From Patellaria atrata CBS 101060 (lineage: Eukaryota): a stretch of DNA of 64,000 bases. This document shows, one piece after another, positions 62,289 to 64,000 of the stretch. Position numbers and translations under genes: made by a program. Numbering within the stretch: the stretch's first letter is position 1; each line of letters opens with the position of its first letter. The DNA lies in assembly GCA_010093705.1 (NCBI GenBank), contig MU006118.1, forward strand, positions 121,906-185,905, given 5' to 3'. Below the pieces are notes generated by a model. That model was not told where the DNA came from, did not search any database, and saw only the letters and a program-made list of their open reading frames with translations.

Positions 62289-64000
62289 ATGGGTAAACAG
62301 TAAGTACTGAAATGTTCAGACAGATCCCAAGCAAACATGTCTAATGAGTCTCATAGAATTGGGGGAGCATTTATCAAATTTCCTGAGACTGCTAAAATAG
62401 CAAATGCCGTTAAGGATAAAGGAGTCTCTGTGAGTAATCCTAAAGCATATATACTAGAATATCGAGACTTATCAAATCTAGGAGCTCATCCACCAATGGA
62501 AAGAGGGGATGAAAAAGAAGGGCTATCCTGCCCGTTGGGGTGATGAGGTGGAACAGTTATGTACCGTATGCATCCCTTACTTGTGACTAATAGTACTAGG
62601 TCGAATACATGATTCTCAAGTTTGACGACACTAACGAGAGAGTGGAGGTAACGTTGGAACAAACTACTATCCTAAAGGGGCTTGAAGAAATGGTCGATGC
62701 AGCCATGGAGAAAGGTCGCCCAGTTTCGCAGCAAGAGTACCAGTTCTACCTACAATTACAATCACGATGTTTTCTAATTTGAAAGCAGTCCTGGGGTCAC
62801 GGCTGGTTATACACCTGAATTTGCTGCTTATATGGTCGAGTCAGAGCCAAATTCACCGTATGGAAGCTCCGTTAGTGATTTATTGAAGGTTGAAACGAAC
62901 ATGTTCCAGAGGTGTGACCTTCTAGTACTCGAACGCGGCATAAACTAACAGTTCACCGCTAGACGCAAGGCTATAAAGGCTCATGCAGATACCGGCTCCT
63001 GGCCGTTCACCTTATCTATGTTCCCAGGGCTGAAGGCTGATTATAATTCCAAAGATCCTAGTGAACTGGAAATCGACGAACCATTAGCTAGCCAAGAAGT
63101 GCGTTTCAAAGCTGCCGACAGCAATATCAGAAGTCGACGGAACGATGAGGGGGTTGCTAAGGTTCCACTCTTCGTAGATATTAACACTCTTTCCTCGAAA
63201 GGGTCATTCCCCTCGTATATTGATACAGACACAAAGTCAGTACTTCTACAAGATGAAAGCATTCTTTTCGGTCCTGGACACTGTGGCTTTCAGATTACAT
63301 TTGGAGCAGCAGACGAAGATGATGCTCGGCGGTTACATGACCAGTTAATTCCGCTGGGTCCTGTCATGCTGACCTTGACGGCATCCACTCCAATATACAG
63401 GGGCTTCCTTGTCGATACTGATGTACGTTGGAAGCAAATCCAATATTTCGTTGACGATAGAACGAAGACTGAAAGGGAACAAGAGGCGAAGACGGATTAT
63501 GATGCAGTAACAGGTCCGAGGTGGTCCACTAACAACACTTACATTGCTAATGACCCACGTCTTCATCCTGAGCATCAGAAATCCCAACTCCAAGTGAATG
63601 AGCAAGTTCAAAGGAGGCTCGAAGAGGAAGGAATGGACTCTATTCTCGCGAAGCATTTCGCTCACGATTTTCTACGTGATCCGATAGTCATGTCTGAGGA
63701 GGACATTAAGGAACATAGTACAAAAGACGAGGAGCCGGCTCTTCCGAACGAATCCCACGATGCTAGTGTGGGTACTGATCATATCGATGCTATCGAAGGG
63801 ACTTTGTATCCGCACGTCAGATTCAAGGTTCCGCCTGCTAATGACCCGAGGATCGGATACCGTGTTGAGTTTAGGCCGATGGAGACGCAGTTCACGGACT
63901 TTGAGAATGCTGCGTTATCTATATTTTTGAGACTGCTGACTCTGGCGTTGAGAAAATCCGATAAGGATATGTATGTTCCGTTGCGGGTTGTTTATGATAA
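62289..64000 (+). CDS. divergent glutamate-cysteine ligase catalytic-subunit-like protein (5 introns; runs off window end)
   Basis: Spliced WGDE|VEY, PEFAAYMVE, NIRSRR, LTASTPIYRGFLVDTDVRW, DDRT, HFAH..RDP, VRFKVPP, GYRVEFRPMETQFTDFENAA. It is absent from the ORF track because it is truncated and spliced. Confidence 0.9.

Noticed and set aside
1430..64000. Glutathione/cysteine gene cluster (GST, CDO, GCL-like)
   Set aside because: GST is about 55 kb from the others with unrelated housekeeping genes between. The CDO-GCL proximity is noted only as context.

Overview
Gene-dense 64-kb segment of a filamentous ascomycete (Pezizomycotina) nuclear chromosome, inferred from short GT-AG introns with CTAAC/CTGAC branch sites and the gene content. 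About 24 intron-containing genes can be supported. In order: GST, FWD-1/beta-TrCP-like F-box/WD40, small membrane protein, EB1/Bim1, DOMON-cytochrome b561, peptidase C45 (AAT-like), small Gly-rich protein, Ku80, RNase T2, DFG10-like reductase, Hos4-like ankyrin protein, TMEM205-like, PX-associated/DUF3818, a fumarate-lyase-superfamily gene, an orphan secreted protein, Sip3/Lam, Whi5/Nrm1-like, BTB (frameshifted), DUF1772, F-box/LRR with CaaX, NT-C2, Tad1, cysteine dioxygenase, CAP10/GT90, and a truncated glutamate-cysteine-ligase-like gene. Three items stand out. (1) A nucleoporin-like GLFG/FG-repeat region is fused to a 3-carboxymuconate cycloisomerase/adenylosuccinate-lyase-type protein that has lost the invariant signature lysine. 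(2) A divergent GCL paralog keeps its metal ligands but has remodelled substrate motifs. (3) An intergenic 18-bp array looks like a RIP-decayed hexapeptide-repeat gene. No rRNA, tRNA or CRISPR was seen. All assignments are by eye from motifs; no database search was run.
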